Shown here in pieces: positions 37,672 to 50,380 of a stretch of 64,000 nucleotides of DNA; the stretch's first letter is position 1, and the number at the start of each line of letters is the position of its first letter. Position numbers and translations under genes: made by a program. The notes beneath the pieces were generated by a model. The model made no database searches and had not been told where the DNA came from. It saw nothing but the letters and a program-made list of their open reading frames with translations. The stretch comes from Lama glama (Eukaryota): contig CM052816.1 of NCBI GenBank assembly GCA_028534125.1, forward strand, positions 87,546,001-87,610,000. The letters run 5' to 3'.

Positions 37672-40600
37672 TTATTTATTTTAAAAACATTTTTGTTGAG
37701 ATACGATTCACATACTATAAAATTCAACCACTTAAATTGTACAATTTAAAGGTATCTGCATATTCACTCAGTTGTACAGCTCACCACTATTTAACATACA
37801 ACTATTTAAATTTCATCCTCACACAAAAAGAGGCACCACCAATTAGCAGTCATTCCCCATCCAAGCCTCTCTCTTGTCCTTAGCATTCACTAACTTTATT
37901 TCTGTCCTTATAGATTTGCCTATTGTGGACGTGTCACTTAAATGTTTCCTTACAATGTATGACTTTTTATGACTTCTTCCACATAGCAGAGTGTTTTTAA
38001 GGTTCATCTGCACATGTGGCATGTATTATCACTTCATTTATATTGTTGAATAATGTTACCTTGTATGATTAGAAAACACTGTTTACGCATTCAGTAGATT
38101 TGGGGACATTTGGGTAGTTTCTGTATCTGAGCTATTATGAATATAATTAATATAAGCACTCATATTTAAGTTTTTTATGTGGACATGTTTGCATTTCTCT
38201 CATATGCTTATTGAGGAGCGGAACTGCTAGGTCATATGATAACTCTATGCCGAACATTTTAAGGAGCTTCCAAAATGTGTTCTAAAGCAGCCCCATTTTA
38301 CATTCCAATTAGAAATGTACAGGGGTATCAGTTTCTTCATATCCTTACCAACACTTTTCACAACCTATCTTTTTGATCATAGACAATGAATGTGAAGTAG
38401 TTTTGATTTGTGTTATCTAAATACATGTTTTGTATGCTTATTGACCATTTATATATTTTCTTTGGAAAAATGTCTTTTCAAATCCTTAGTTACTTATTTC
38501 TTTGATTAGGTTATTTTGCTTTTATTATTGAGATGGAAAATTATTTTATATTTATTTAAAATAAAATCCCTTATCAGATAGATAATTTGCAAACATTTTC
38601 TCTCATTCTGTGAGTTGAATTTTCACTTTCTTTACAATGTCATTTAAGCACAAAGGTTTTAATGTTGGTGTAATCCAATTATCTATTTTTGTTATTATTT
38701 GTGTTGCTTGTGTTTTGGTATCCTATTTACAAAATCATTGCCAAACAGAATTCACAAAGATTAGCTCCTGCATTTTCTTCTATTAGGCTTATAATTTTAG
38801 TTCTTCACTTATGTCTATGGTACAATTTTGAGTAAATTTTTGAATATGGTTTTAAAGAGTCTAACCTCATTCCTTTGAATGTGGATATCCAGTTGTCCCA
38901 ATATCATTTGTTGAAAAATCTTCTGTCCCCATTGAATTGTCTGAACATCTTTGTCAAAATCAGTTAAACATAAATGTAAGAATTTATTTCTAGATTCTCA
39001 ATTTTATTCCATTGGTCTATACATTTATTCTTATGACAGTACCATGCAGTTTTGCTTACTGCGCTGAGTAGTAACTTGTGAAGTTGGGAAGTGTGAGTCC
39101 TCCAATTTTTGTCCCTTTTCTCAAGACTGTTTTGTCTATTCAGAATCCTTGGGTTGTGTGTTCATCTCAAAAATTTCTGCAAAAAAAAAAAAAGCCACCT
39201 GTGATTTTGGTGGGGATTTTGTTACATATGTAGATCAATTTAGAAAATATTTTAAGTTTGACAATATTAAATCTTCTTATCTATGACAAAGAGATGTCTT
39301 TCAATCTACCTAGGTCTTATGTAGTAAAGTATTCTGTTCAGTAATACTTTATAGTTTTAGAGTAAAATTTTGTATTTCTTTTGATAAAGTTATTCTAGTG
39401 GAATTAATTGTTTTCTGTTGTTATAAATGAAATTTTCATAATTATCTTTTCAGAGTTTTCATTCTTGGTATGTAGAAATACAGCTGATTTTTGTAGACTG
39501 ATCTTGTATCCTATAAGCCTGCCAAACTTGTTTATTAGTTCCAATAGATTTGTGTGTGTGCGCTTATGTGCGTTCCTTAGGATTTTCTATGTAAAGATTT
39601 ATGCCATTTGTGAATAAAGATAGCTTTAAATCTTCTTTCTAATCTGAGTGTCTTATATTTATCTTTCTGGTCTAATTGTCTTAGCTGGAACCTCCAGTAC
39701 AATATTTCATAAAAGTGAGCATCTTCACCTTATTCCTGATTTTACGGGAAAGCATTTAGGCTTTTACTATATAAACATAATGCTAACTGTGCATTTTTCA
39801 TAGATGCCCTTTATCAGATTGAGAGAGTTCCTTTCTCATCCTAATTTGTTGAGTGTTTTTACAATGAAAGGGTGTTGGATTTTGTCAAATGTTTCTCTGC
39901 ATCTGTGAGAGAATCATGATTTGCTTTTTGTCTATTATAATTAATAATGTGTATTATGTTGACTAATTTTCAGATGTTAAATCAAAATTATATTCCTTGG
40001 ATAAAAGCCATATAGTCATGTTATATAATCTTTTTATATGTTGCTAGATTTATTGTGTATTTCATTGATAATGTCTGCATCTATATTCAGATGCATAAAA
40101 CAACTGTATTTTCTGTAACATTATTTTCTTATGCTGGCTTGTTCTGGTTTTGATGTTAGTATTAGACTTATAGAAAGAGTTAGGAAATATACTTTCCTTT
40201 TAACGTTGGACATTTCAGTAATATTATTTCTTTAAATGTTTGTTAGAATTTAATAATGAAATGATCTAAAATTGGACTTGTTGAAACTATTAAAATTACT
40301 AATTCAATGTTTTTACTTGTTATAGATAAATTCCTATTTTCTTTTTCATATTGTTAGTCTTGGTAGTTTCTGAAGATCTAGAAATTTTTACATTTATCTA
40401 GGTTATCTAATTTGTTGCTATGCAGTGGTTCATAGTATTCTTTTATAATCCTTTTTATTTCAGTGAGATCAGTAGCAATGTCCCATATATTCTTTTTGAT
40501 TTTGGAATTTGAGTCTTATGTTTTATTTTCCTTTGACAGTCTAGCTCAGTTTGTCAACTTTATTGATCTTTTCAAAGAACATACTTTTGGTTTTATTGAT

Positions 40601-40740
40601 TTGTCTCTTTTCTAAAAATATTCCATTTTATTTATCCCTTCTCTAATCTTCAATATGTCTAAACTTTAGTATCTTCTTTAGCTCTTGAATATATTTATAG
40701 TAGCTAATTGAAAATATTTGTCTAACAAACCCAACATTTC
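37672..40740 (-). mobile_element. L1MB-like element, about 3 kb (3' UTR plus decayed ORF2)
   Basis: TTGAGATACGATTCACATACTATAAAATTCA is an L1MB 3' end. It continues through antisense ORF2 motifs: GTGGATATCCAGTTGTCCCAATATCATTTGTTGAAAA, GGGTGTTGGATTTTGTCAAATG, TTATTGATCTTTTCAAAGAAC. Confidence 0.9.
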
Positions 40741-41002
40741 ATCATTTCCCAACCATTGTTAAATGTTTTCTTGACATTTTTCCAACTTTAACAATTTTCT
40801 CACTGAATTTTAGTTACCCTTCCAACCTCTATATATAAATATATAGTCTTGCATAAGTTTGGTCCTGGAGTTAAACTTCACTTGGCCATGATGTCTTATT
40901 TTTAGTATTCCTAGGTTTGGTTTGAAACTAGATACAAAAATTTTAACAAATATATTCCTGAGTGAGATTGGCCTGCAATTTTTCTTTCTTCCTTTCCAAA
41001 TT

Positions 41003-41886
41003 TACAGTTTACAGTGTTGTGTCAATTTCTGTTATATAGCATGATAGTTCAGTCATATATATACATACATATATTTGCTTTCATATTCTTTTTCATTATA
41101 GGTTACTGCAAGATACTGAATATAGTTCCCTGGGCTACACAGCGTAAACTTGTTTTTTTTATCTATTTTATGTATAATAATTAGTATCTGCAAGTCTCGA
41201 ACTCCCAATTTATCCCTTCCCACTCCCTTCCCTCCTGTAACCATAAGTTTGTTTTCTACATCTGTGAGTCTGTTTCTGTTTTGTAAATAAATTCATTTTT
41301 GTCACTATTTTAGATTCCACATATAGGTGATATCATATGATGTTTTTCTTTCTCACTTCACTTAGAATGACAATCTCCAGGTCCATCCATGTTGCTGCAA
41401 ATGCCATTATTTTATTCTTTTTTTTTAATGGCTGAGTAGTGTTCCATTGTATAAATATACCACAAGCTCTTTATCCAGTCATCTGTTGGACATTTAGGTT
41501 GTTTCCATGTCTCGGCTATTGTAAACATTGGAGTGCATGTGTCTTTTTAAGTTATAATTTTACCTAGGTATATGTCCAGGAGTGGGATTGCTGGATCATA
41601 TGGTAAGCCTATTTTTAATCTTTTGAGAAATCTCCATACTGTTTTCCATAATGGCTGCACCAAACTCCATTCCCACCAACAATGTAGGAGGGTTCCTTTT
41701 TCTCCACACCCTCTCTAGCATTTATCGTTTGTGGACTTTTGAATGATGGCCATTGTGACTGATGTGAGGTAATACCTCATTGTAGTTTTGATTTGCATTT
41801 CTTCGATAATCAGCGATATTGAGCATTTTTTCATGTGCCTATTGGCCATTTGTATGTCTTCTCTGGAGAATTGTGTGTTTAGGTTT
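41003..41886 (-). mobile_element. Young L1 (3' UTR plus ORF2 C-terminus), nested in older L1 sequence
   Basis: Same family as the 3754 and 21869 copies. Extends into antisense ORF2: GGGATTGCTGGATCATATGGTA, CATTCCCACCAACAATGTAGGAGGGTTCC, GAGCATTTTTTCATGTGCCTATTGGCC. Confidence 0.92.
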
Positions 41887-41889
41887 GTT

Positions 41890-42420
41890 TACTTAAAATT
41901 ATGGGGCTACGTTTTCTTGAAGCTAACAGCCAATAACTGGAAGATAAATGGCTCTATTTCTTTTCTATAGAAGTGCTGTATAGACTGAAATTATTTAACT
42001 CTTAATTCTTTGATAAAGGTCAATTGAAATGACAGAATCAGCATCTGGGTGTTTTTGTGTGTGTGTGGGACTTGGGGAGAGGCTTTACTATTGTTTGTTT
42101 ATTGTTTATTTACTGTCTATAGGGCAACTAATATTTCATAATGATCTTGAATTAATTTTAATAAGCTACATTTTTGAGTAATACACATATTGCTTCTAAA
42201 TTTTCAAGTTTAGTGTAGTAACGTTCTTTGGCATAAGCTGCAGCAATTGCAGTGCATCCCTTTTTAAAAATTTTCTATTTTTTGATTGGTCTTTCCAGAG
42301 GACTATTTTATTGATTTGTTCAGATAAATATTTCTCTTTTCTGAGCTTTATTGGCTGGCTTTCTATGTTATAACCTTTCTTTAATACTTTTTAACTAGTA
42401 TTGTACCCTTTTAAATTTTT
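41890..42420 (-). mobile_element. Very old L1 ORF2 remnant (continues 40800-40985)
   Basis: T-rich degenerate antisense ORF2-like sequence on both sides of the young L1. Confidence 0.5.
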
Positions 42421-42649
42421 TAGGCTTGTTCTAGAAACATTCTGATAAAGGTCTGCAATAGCCTGAGACTAACTATTCTTAACATGTAGCTGTAACAGGA
42501 AAAAGATAAAATGCTGCATAATATAATGGACTCATCTATGTATTGGAAATAATATTGCAATCAGTAATCTAATGGTGAATGATATGTTATACTTGATTAT
42601 GCAAATAAAATATTTTCTTAACAAGAATCTGATATGTAAAAAAAAAAAA

Positions 42650-42860
42650 GTGCATTAGTTTTGGAGGCAGAAAGAGCTGAAATGAAAAACCAAGCTCAGA
42701 TATCTTTTAGTAAATTGACCTTGGGCATGTTGGTTGACTTCTGATTCTCCGTTTCTGCATCTGTGAAGTGGGCATAATTAATCTCATACATTCAGCTTAT
42801 CATCAGTAAAAAATTGAATATTTATGAATGGTTTTGGCTAATGTAATTACCCGTAGATTC
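42650..42860 (+). mobile_element. MIR SINE
   Basis: TTTGGAGGCAGAAAGAGCTG...TGACCTTGGGCATGTTGGTTGACTTCTGATTCTCCGTTTCTGCATCTGTGAAGTGGGCATAAT. Confidence 0.75.
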
Positions 42861-43399
42861 TACTTTTGGCAATTTATGGGGAATAGTGAGAGCAATTTCC
42901 TGTGGGTGTAAAACCATAGTATTAGGGACGCCTGTACTTCAGGAACACAGATTACAGCAGAGTCTGCAAGTTTTCCTGTAATTGGGTTGGCATAAGCTAC
43001 TTCTCTCTGTTGTTTTCCGTGTATGAAATGAATTAGTTTCTATATTCAGACAGAAGCAAACAAGGGTGGAGTCCATTTCCTGGGCATTCATGAAGAATCT
43101 GGGCATCGGTCAATATTAGGTTAAGAGATTGAAACTGAAAGTTCTGAAAATAACATCTGATGCTGAAAAGATGCAACAGGATTAGGCAGAATCAGACCAT
43201 AAGCACAAAGCAGAAATGTGGCAATGGGCAGACCTCAAAATGCTTAATTAAAACTCTGGATGATAGAATTATGAAAAAATTTACATATTATAAAACAATG
43301 AGAAGTTTTCCTTAAACACATGATCTTCTCTTTCTTCCTTTCCTTCTTTTCATCATATCTATGAGGTAGTTAATTGTTATAGATATTCCTTGAAAATTC

Positions 43400-44330
43400 C
43401 TTTATTTTTTATTTTTTTGAAAAACCTCAAACATACAGAGAAGAGAAAATATGAAGAAAACATTAAAAATAATATTTCATAATATTATTATTATTAGATA
43501 AGCTTAATTGATGTTTTTCCTAAAGAATTTTAAATACAGTCACAGACATCTTGATATTTCATCCTCAAATACTTCAGTACACACATCTCTAAAAATTGAG
43601 GATGGCCTCATGCGTTTCACAGTGAGATTTTAATACCGATTTCCTAGCACTGTCTAACTCACAGTCCATATTTGAATATCCGCTTAATTTTCTAAAGTGT
43701 CTTTTGTACATTCTTCTGTTTAAAACAAGACACAAAGAATTATAGATTACATTTTGTTGCCATGACTCTTAATTCTCCATTTTTCTGTAACATTGACTTG
43801 TTGAAAAGAGCCGTCCAGTTGACATGAAGATTTTGACACAATAACGTTCAAATACCTTTGACACTCATACTTCACAGGTGATGCTGTGTACTGCCTATTA
43901 TTTCAAATCAAAAGGCATCCAAATGGCTGATCAACCCACCAATAATGTTGCCAGGGCTAATCATCTGTTCAAGGCAGAGACAACCAGATCCCTGTAAAGT
44001 TTACCTACCAGAACACATAACCTGTGAGCTGAGAGACAGATAGCGTGTTATAACCATCTGGTTCTCCACTAATCCTTTATCCATGGGTTTCACTACATGT
44101 TGATTACCCACTTCTCCAGAGGCTAAAAATTAACTTCCAATTCTACCATTCATCATTCATTCATGATCTGTTGTTCCTATATAAAGAAGACCTTTTCCTC
44201 ATCAGTGAAGCTATTTGATTAATTTGAAATGTAGTTTGTATAGGAAAGGCAGGATAAATAACTATTTCATTTCATGTGCACATTTTTAGAGTAAGAAAAT
44301 AAATATGGTCATCTCTAATCACAGCTTTTC
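43400..44330 (-). mobile_element. L1MC4/5-like 3' region
   Basis: AAACCTCAAACATACAGAGAAG...CAGACATCTTGATATTTCATCCTCAAATACTTCAG...TAGTTTGTATAGGAAAGGCAGGATAAAT. Confidence 0.7.
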
Positions 44331-45069
44331 TCCCCTCTTTTGTTAGTTTGTGTTATCTTTTTTTGTTTGCTTTCCTTTCATTTGTTTTGTTGGTTAACTC
44401 TTTCTCCTGAATTCTTCAAAGAATACAAGGTTTGCTTGGCAAAAAGTAGTATGAGCATTCATTCACGAAATTCCTCTTAGTACCTAAAATTTCCCAAGAA
44501 CTGGAAAACTTTCTTTTTCTAGTATTTTCAAATATAAAGGAGAAAGATTTTTCATAATTTTTATACTCAATGAATGGGTGTTTCCTTTAGGTAGACATAG
44601 ACACCATTTAGCACCGCAGAGAAGCATTACCCCTGAGCCTCAAACAAACGGTGGAGCAAAAAATAATATTGTTTTAAGTAATTACTTATGATTAAAAAAA
44701 CAAGAAAATAAAAACAAAAACAAAACTGTGATTAGCGAATGTGGGGCGCATCGAAGACTTTAATATAGGGCCTAATCAGATGAAGGCTCTGAGGGAGTTA
44801 TAAGAAAGTCTTGCTATTTATTGCACGTGATTAGCCTTGATTTCACATCTTATCTAAATAAAATTCTGTAATGGGTTAGCCAGAAAAGGAGGTGCAAACA
44901 CCAAAACACCCACAATCCTGTCTCCTACTGCACGACCTTCTCTTTCCCTACATTTCTGACAACTCCTTTTCCTAACAGTCTCCGCGCACTTAAAACATGC
45001 TGACTTGGTTTAGATTCCCCTATGTTAAGCAGTCTTTTTCTAATTGAATTTCCATAAATGATCTCTTTC

Positions 45070-45445
45070 CAACTTCAGAGCCTTTGCAATACTGTTTTCC
45101 CTCCTTCAGATGTTTCCACCATCCCTTTTCCCACTGTCTTCTTTACCCAGTTGATCTGCTCACCCATGAAGGCTCAGCTCAAAATAACTACAAATAGGGA
45201 AATCTTTCCTGATCCTCAGGGAAGGTCAGATTCTCAGCTTTATTAATAGCCTGCAATTCTCCTGCATGGCATCCACTCAGAGCTGCAATTATGTAGTCGT
45301 TAGTACATTTTAATAATGTGTATTTACCTCTCCCAGTTCTCAGAGGCAGAGCATGTGTTGATTTTTCTCCACCACTGTTTTGCAAGAAGGCTAAAAGAGA
45401 GCCTGGTGTACCATAGACATGTAATAAATGTGTGTTGAATACATC
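45070..45445 (+). mobile_element. L2 3' region
   Basis: CAGAGCCTTTGCAATACTGTTTTCCC...GGCTCAGCTCAAAA...GCCTGGTGTACCATAGACATGTAATAAATGTGTGTTGAAT. Confidence 0.7.
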
Positions 45446-47089
45446 AGTGTAACTGATCTTCCATCTCCACTAATAGCATCTGTATTGATTCTTGCCTTAC
45501 ATTGTATACTTTATAAGATGAGGCATCTGTACACAGCACAATATGTGGAGAGTGAGACAGGAGAGAAGACAGGCTCTCAATTCCTATAAGTCTGCTTTAG
45601 ACTTGTTAAAATCAAGAAATATATTTTTTTTTGTAATTAAAATGTTAAATAAATCTGATAAAAGACGTTGAACTAAACACTTACGCAGCTAGACGCTAAC
45701 ATTCTGGGAATCTATTTCCACATCCGATTCCCAGTGAATTAAAAGAAGATATTTAACCAAAATATCCCTCTACCTTTAATCAAAGCAGTCGCCTCTCTGT
45801 ATCACTCAGCATTACATTCACATTCATCCTTGCCAAGTTATATTTTATTTTGTTGAGTATGTATTTTGATCACATTTAATCCTTTCTGGAACCAGTCAAG
45901 ACATGCATAAATACATACATCACACTTTGGAAACAGTGTATAAAGATGTTTTGGCAACTGCAGATCTATAATGAATATTTTCAAATACATAGGCTAAAGC
46001 ACTGGTTTATTTACTATGTACTGAAAGAGATCTGTGTCTCATAAATCATCACAACCTTGCCAGGGCCCTTGAGCATTTTGACTTTCATCGTAGCTAAGAA
46101 AAGCCGGCAGATGATGCCCACTGTGTGGTTGCCTAGGGTTACAATGATCTTGACATAATATTTACATATATTTCTATATACATCCTAGAATTCAGTAAGA
46201 TGCATTACAGTCAATATCAATATTTACATTCACGGCATTTAAAAATATTATCATCCCTTTATCTAATGATTCACTTTGGAACATAACCAAAACTTATTTT
46301 TGTTGGAAGTTGGCACATTTTAATCTGCCAGGGTTAGGAGTGATAGATATTTCAGGCTTTCTTGTTCTGTCTCCTATTTATAGAGGTTCATAATTCAAAT
46401 GGAAAATTAGCTCTTGGATGACTTGTGACATGTAGATTTTACGGATGCCATCACATTAAGATGCTTATCATTCGCTTCCCTTTTCTACCTCACCTAAACC
46501 TGCAAGAATATGAATGATACAGAAGAGGCCACAGATAAAGTGAATAAGGAAACCATCATATCCTGCTGTCCTCAATCTTCATTATCTGTAGCTTTTTCTA
46601 AGTTCATTTCTTTCAAGTTTTTTCTCTGTTTTATTTTGGTCATCTAAACTTTAAATAAAATCTTTAGGGACTATGTCAAGTTTGAGGAGTAAATTTTTTG
46701 CCTTGATTGCTTCCAGAAATGTCTATGGATGTTACCGAGTTGTTCTGGGAAAATTTTACACATAAACAGGGGAGAACGGCAAGGAAGGACAGAAATCTAG
46801 TTAGATAATATGGTATAGAGGAGAACACATTAAACAGGCAGAGATACTCAGTTATACTCTTGATTCAAATATCAAAATGTGCATCACATTGAACGTGTCA
46901 TTTAAATTCACAGCACCTTAACTTTTTAATACAAAGTGAGAAGGCACAACCAGTTGAAATTTATGTTTGCATCCACCACTGTTACAAGATGATTCCATAA
47001 GAAAAGGAAAATAGCAAAGATAGACAGATATGTTTGTAAATGAAAACAAACATACTTAGAAAGATAGAGGATCATCAATAGTTGCCACA

Positions 47090-48480
47090 ATGTCTTTCTT
47101 TTCTTAGTTCATCTAACCATCATATTTCTAAACATAGGTATGGAATAGAAGGTATATCACAATAATAGGGAATATTCCCAAGTTCAAGGAGTGCAAAGTA
47201 TAGATTTCACAGATGTGCCTACGCTACACTTCAGTAAGACAAGTGCTAACCTGTGTAAAGATTTAGAAATGTGAGTGATGTGCATTGATTTTTGCTGAAA
47301 ACTAAAGGAAGTTCCACAGAGGAATGAATTTTGAGCCAAGTATGGAAGGAAGGAAGAAAAGGAGGGGGGGAAGAAGGGAAGGAGAGAGGAAGGGAGAGAG
47401 GGAGCTCACCAGAAACTGACTTCAGCAGAGTGTTGAAGAGGGTTTATAATAGCATAGCTGTTTACATAGCATGGTTTTAGACCATAGAGTGACAGGTATA
47501 ACAAATAAATAGGGGCCAGATTTTAGAGACTTTTTTATACATTACTAAATATTTTTCTAGTTATCTCTGAAGATGCAGGGATTCCACAAAATTTAATGCC
47601 ATGGAGAATAAAAGTCAGATTCCCCACTTTGAAAGAGTACTTTTGTTTAAACCAGAATGTGAAAGTAGGGACTAGGGCAGAAGTTAGGAAAAGAGAGGGG
47701 AGAACTCAAAGGCACATCTCCCATTTGCCCTCCAGCTCCACTGTGTCCTGCTCTTTCCCATAGAAGGCTGAGCTAAGTGGATTGCACTCTGTTGCCCTCT
47801 AAGGCTCAGTTAGATTCTGGGTTCAGCTAAAGGTAGGGGATTGGACAATAGGCACAAGCCAGCTGAATATCATTATTGATCTGGCTGTATCCCTTCTGGG
47901 TCATTTCTTTTCCCAAAGACCTCATGTCCTGTCAAGCCACCCTCTCCATATTAAAAGCTTCTCTGATTTTTGGTAACTACTCTTTCCATCCCCTTTCAAG
48001 CTGAGTAGTTGTAAGGGAAACTCCAGTATGATTAGTCCAGGGGTACTACATCATCTCTGCTGGTTTCCCTAAACCCTGTCCCCTGTCCGACAAACAGTGC
48101 TTTTACTCAGCATTCCAAATGAAGCAGACTTAGTGAGCCACCTGTTTCCCACTGGCATCCTGACTCACATGGAGATCTAGATGAACGGGTGACACCAGGA
48201 AGACTTTAAGAGCCAGGACTTACCGTTTATTGAGATAGGTAGATGGGTTGAGGGTGATTTTCAAGTTTGTCACTTAATTGACAAGGTGAATGGTTTTGCA
48301 ACTGACTCAAGCTGAAATGCACAGGGAGTGGAAAATTTGTGTATAAAATGAGTTCACTTTGGGGGTAAGGTTGCGATGCCATGGGAGCTTCCATATATCA
48401 ATATTTAGAAGACAGAAATATGGATCTTGAAAGACATGAGATGTCTAAAATAAAATATGGGTTTTCATGTCATCAGACAA
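47090..48480 (-). mobile_element. L2 fragments interrupted by an LTR16-like element
   Basis: Antisense L2 motifs on both sides of 47725-48170, e.g. GGGCCAGATTTTAGAGAC and TGAGTTCACTTTGGGGG...TATGGATCTTGAAAG. Confidence 0.55.
47725..48170 (+). mobile_element. ERVL LTR (LTR16C-like)
   Basis: GGTAACTACTCTTTCCATCCCCTTTCAAGC...CTGCTGGTTTCCCTAAACCCTG...GAGCCACCTGTTTCCCACTGGCATCCTGACT follows the LTR16 3' half as I recall it. Confidence 0.7.
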
Positions 48481-49194
48481 TCATATGTATGGTTAGGAGA
48501 ACAATAACAAATTTCAAGAACAGTAAGAAAAATACAGTAGCTGAAGATACTGAAGAGACTGATAGATATTGGAGCTTAAATAAAGAGCTTGGGTGTGGGG
48601 TTAGAGAGTTACGTTTGAATTTTGTGTCATGTTGGACAAATTAGTCATCGGTTCCTATATAACCTCATCTCTCAAAAGGAGTTACACGTGGAATCTTAAT
48701 AATCTTAATAATATGATATAATTTATATGGAATTAATTGGCATGGTATCTGAATCATAGTAATTAAAAATTATGTTTCTTCTCTTTACAGGAAAGGAGAA
48801 TTGGGTCTAATTGTTAATAAAGTTTATTGAGTGCATATTCGATATATTAGCATAGCAAAATAAATTAGAAAACTACAATGAAGGATAAAATAAGACATCA
48901 AAGTTGAAGATGGAGAAATCTAATGTTTCACTGAGCTGATTGCTATTCTAAAGATGATGAAGACTTTAATTTCTACACTGACAATAGTAAATAAGAGACT
49001 TTATTCTCTTTACATAAATGAACATGAATCAAATTTCTTGAGGTTCCAGCTAATGCAAAATGTGATCACTTGGGAACTATTGACATGACTAGAGTGTAGA
49101 GTCCTCTAAAAACTGCATCCTCTTATATTCATAGGACCTAATGCATTTTTACAGGTTAATTTCATTTTTAATTGACTATATTCTTTATGTGCAT

Positions 49195-49621
49195 TAATAC
49201 CCAAATCTTGCATATCTGCTAACCTCCCTAAAGAGTCTTAATGTGTAATGACCCAGATAAAATAAAAATTTATTTCTTGCTCACTGAAATCTAAGCTGAG
49301 TGTTCCATACAGTGGGAGCCTGTCCCCCCAGATATGATGCAAGAACCCAGTTTCTTTCCATCTTTCAGTGATCGTGTTCCTCACATGTTCTTTAAGAGTG
49401 TTGTGCGTGTCTGCATCAAGCCAGCAGCAAAAGCAAGTGGCAAATAGGGCCTCCATGAGGAGCTGACATTGAACAAATGAGGCCCAAAAGTTCACATAAT
49501 TTTGGACGGTATTTAATCACATGAAAAAACTTACAAGGCGTGTTTGGAGACTTGCAATTTAGCATCTGCCCACAAAGAAGAGGAAATCAGATTGGTGAAC
49601 AGCAAGGCTATGTTTCCTACA
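49195..49621 (-). mobile_element. MaLR LTR (MLT1J-like)
   Basis: Minus strand starts TGTAGGAAACATAGCCTTGCTGTTCACCAATCTGATTTCCTCTTCTTTGTGGGCA. ATTTATTTCTTGCTCAC lies near the other end. Confidence 0.75.
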
Positions 49622-50380
49622 GGTGGAATTGGAGAAGTTCACAGCTTTCCTCATCCTTGTATCCAAGTTTCTTTAACAAATGTTCTAGTTTAGTTTATAG
49701 GCCATGTGATTCTCTGATACATACTTTTCCTCTTCTGACCCCATATAGAATTTAGCTACTTTATTTGACTTCTGCAGAAACACAATAGAACAAACCACAA
49801 TCAAACAAAAGCTCTAGTACCCAGCTTTAAGTCAATTACACACTTCACTGAAGATTTTGGGAATTTCTTGCACATTTTTTAAAGAGAACTGATTAACTGT
49901 ATTTTTTATTTCCTTTTTTCTTTTCTCCTTCCAATACTCAGTGTCACATTTTGCATTCAAAACTGCTTATCAAAGAATTTTCTTAAATAAAGGCAGTTCT
50001 CTTCTTGAAAGGAATTCTGATTTCAGTTGCCTAGACTTTAGCATTCATCCCCACTGTATCTGCGTGACCCCATGTACATATATTTTTGCACATGTAGAAT
50101 TTTGCAGGCATTTTTGAACTTTTATATTCTGACCAGTGAGCTAACAACTGGACATATAAAGATGTATGATATATAATAGCTCTTCTCAATGTCTAGCAAA
50201 GAAAGCAAACGCCCAGGCCAGAAACTTCAGTACATGTTGTAAGTGCTACAACAGAAGTGTGTTATGAGAGCTATATGAACACAAAGAGAGAATCTTTATA
50301 TTAGTGGTGATTCCCTGGGATGCCCAGAGGAAGAAAAGATGTGATGTGAGTAAAGCACTGGAATACTTCATGTACTTAAA

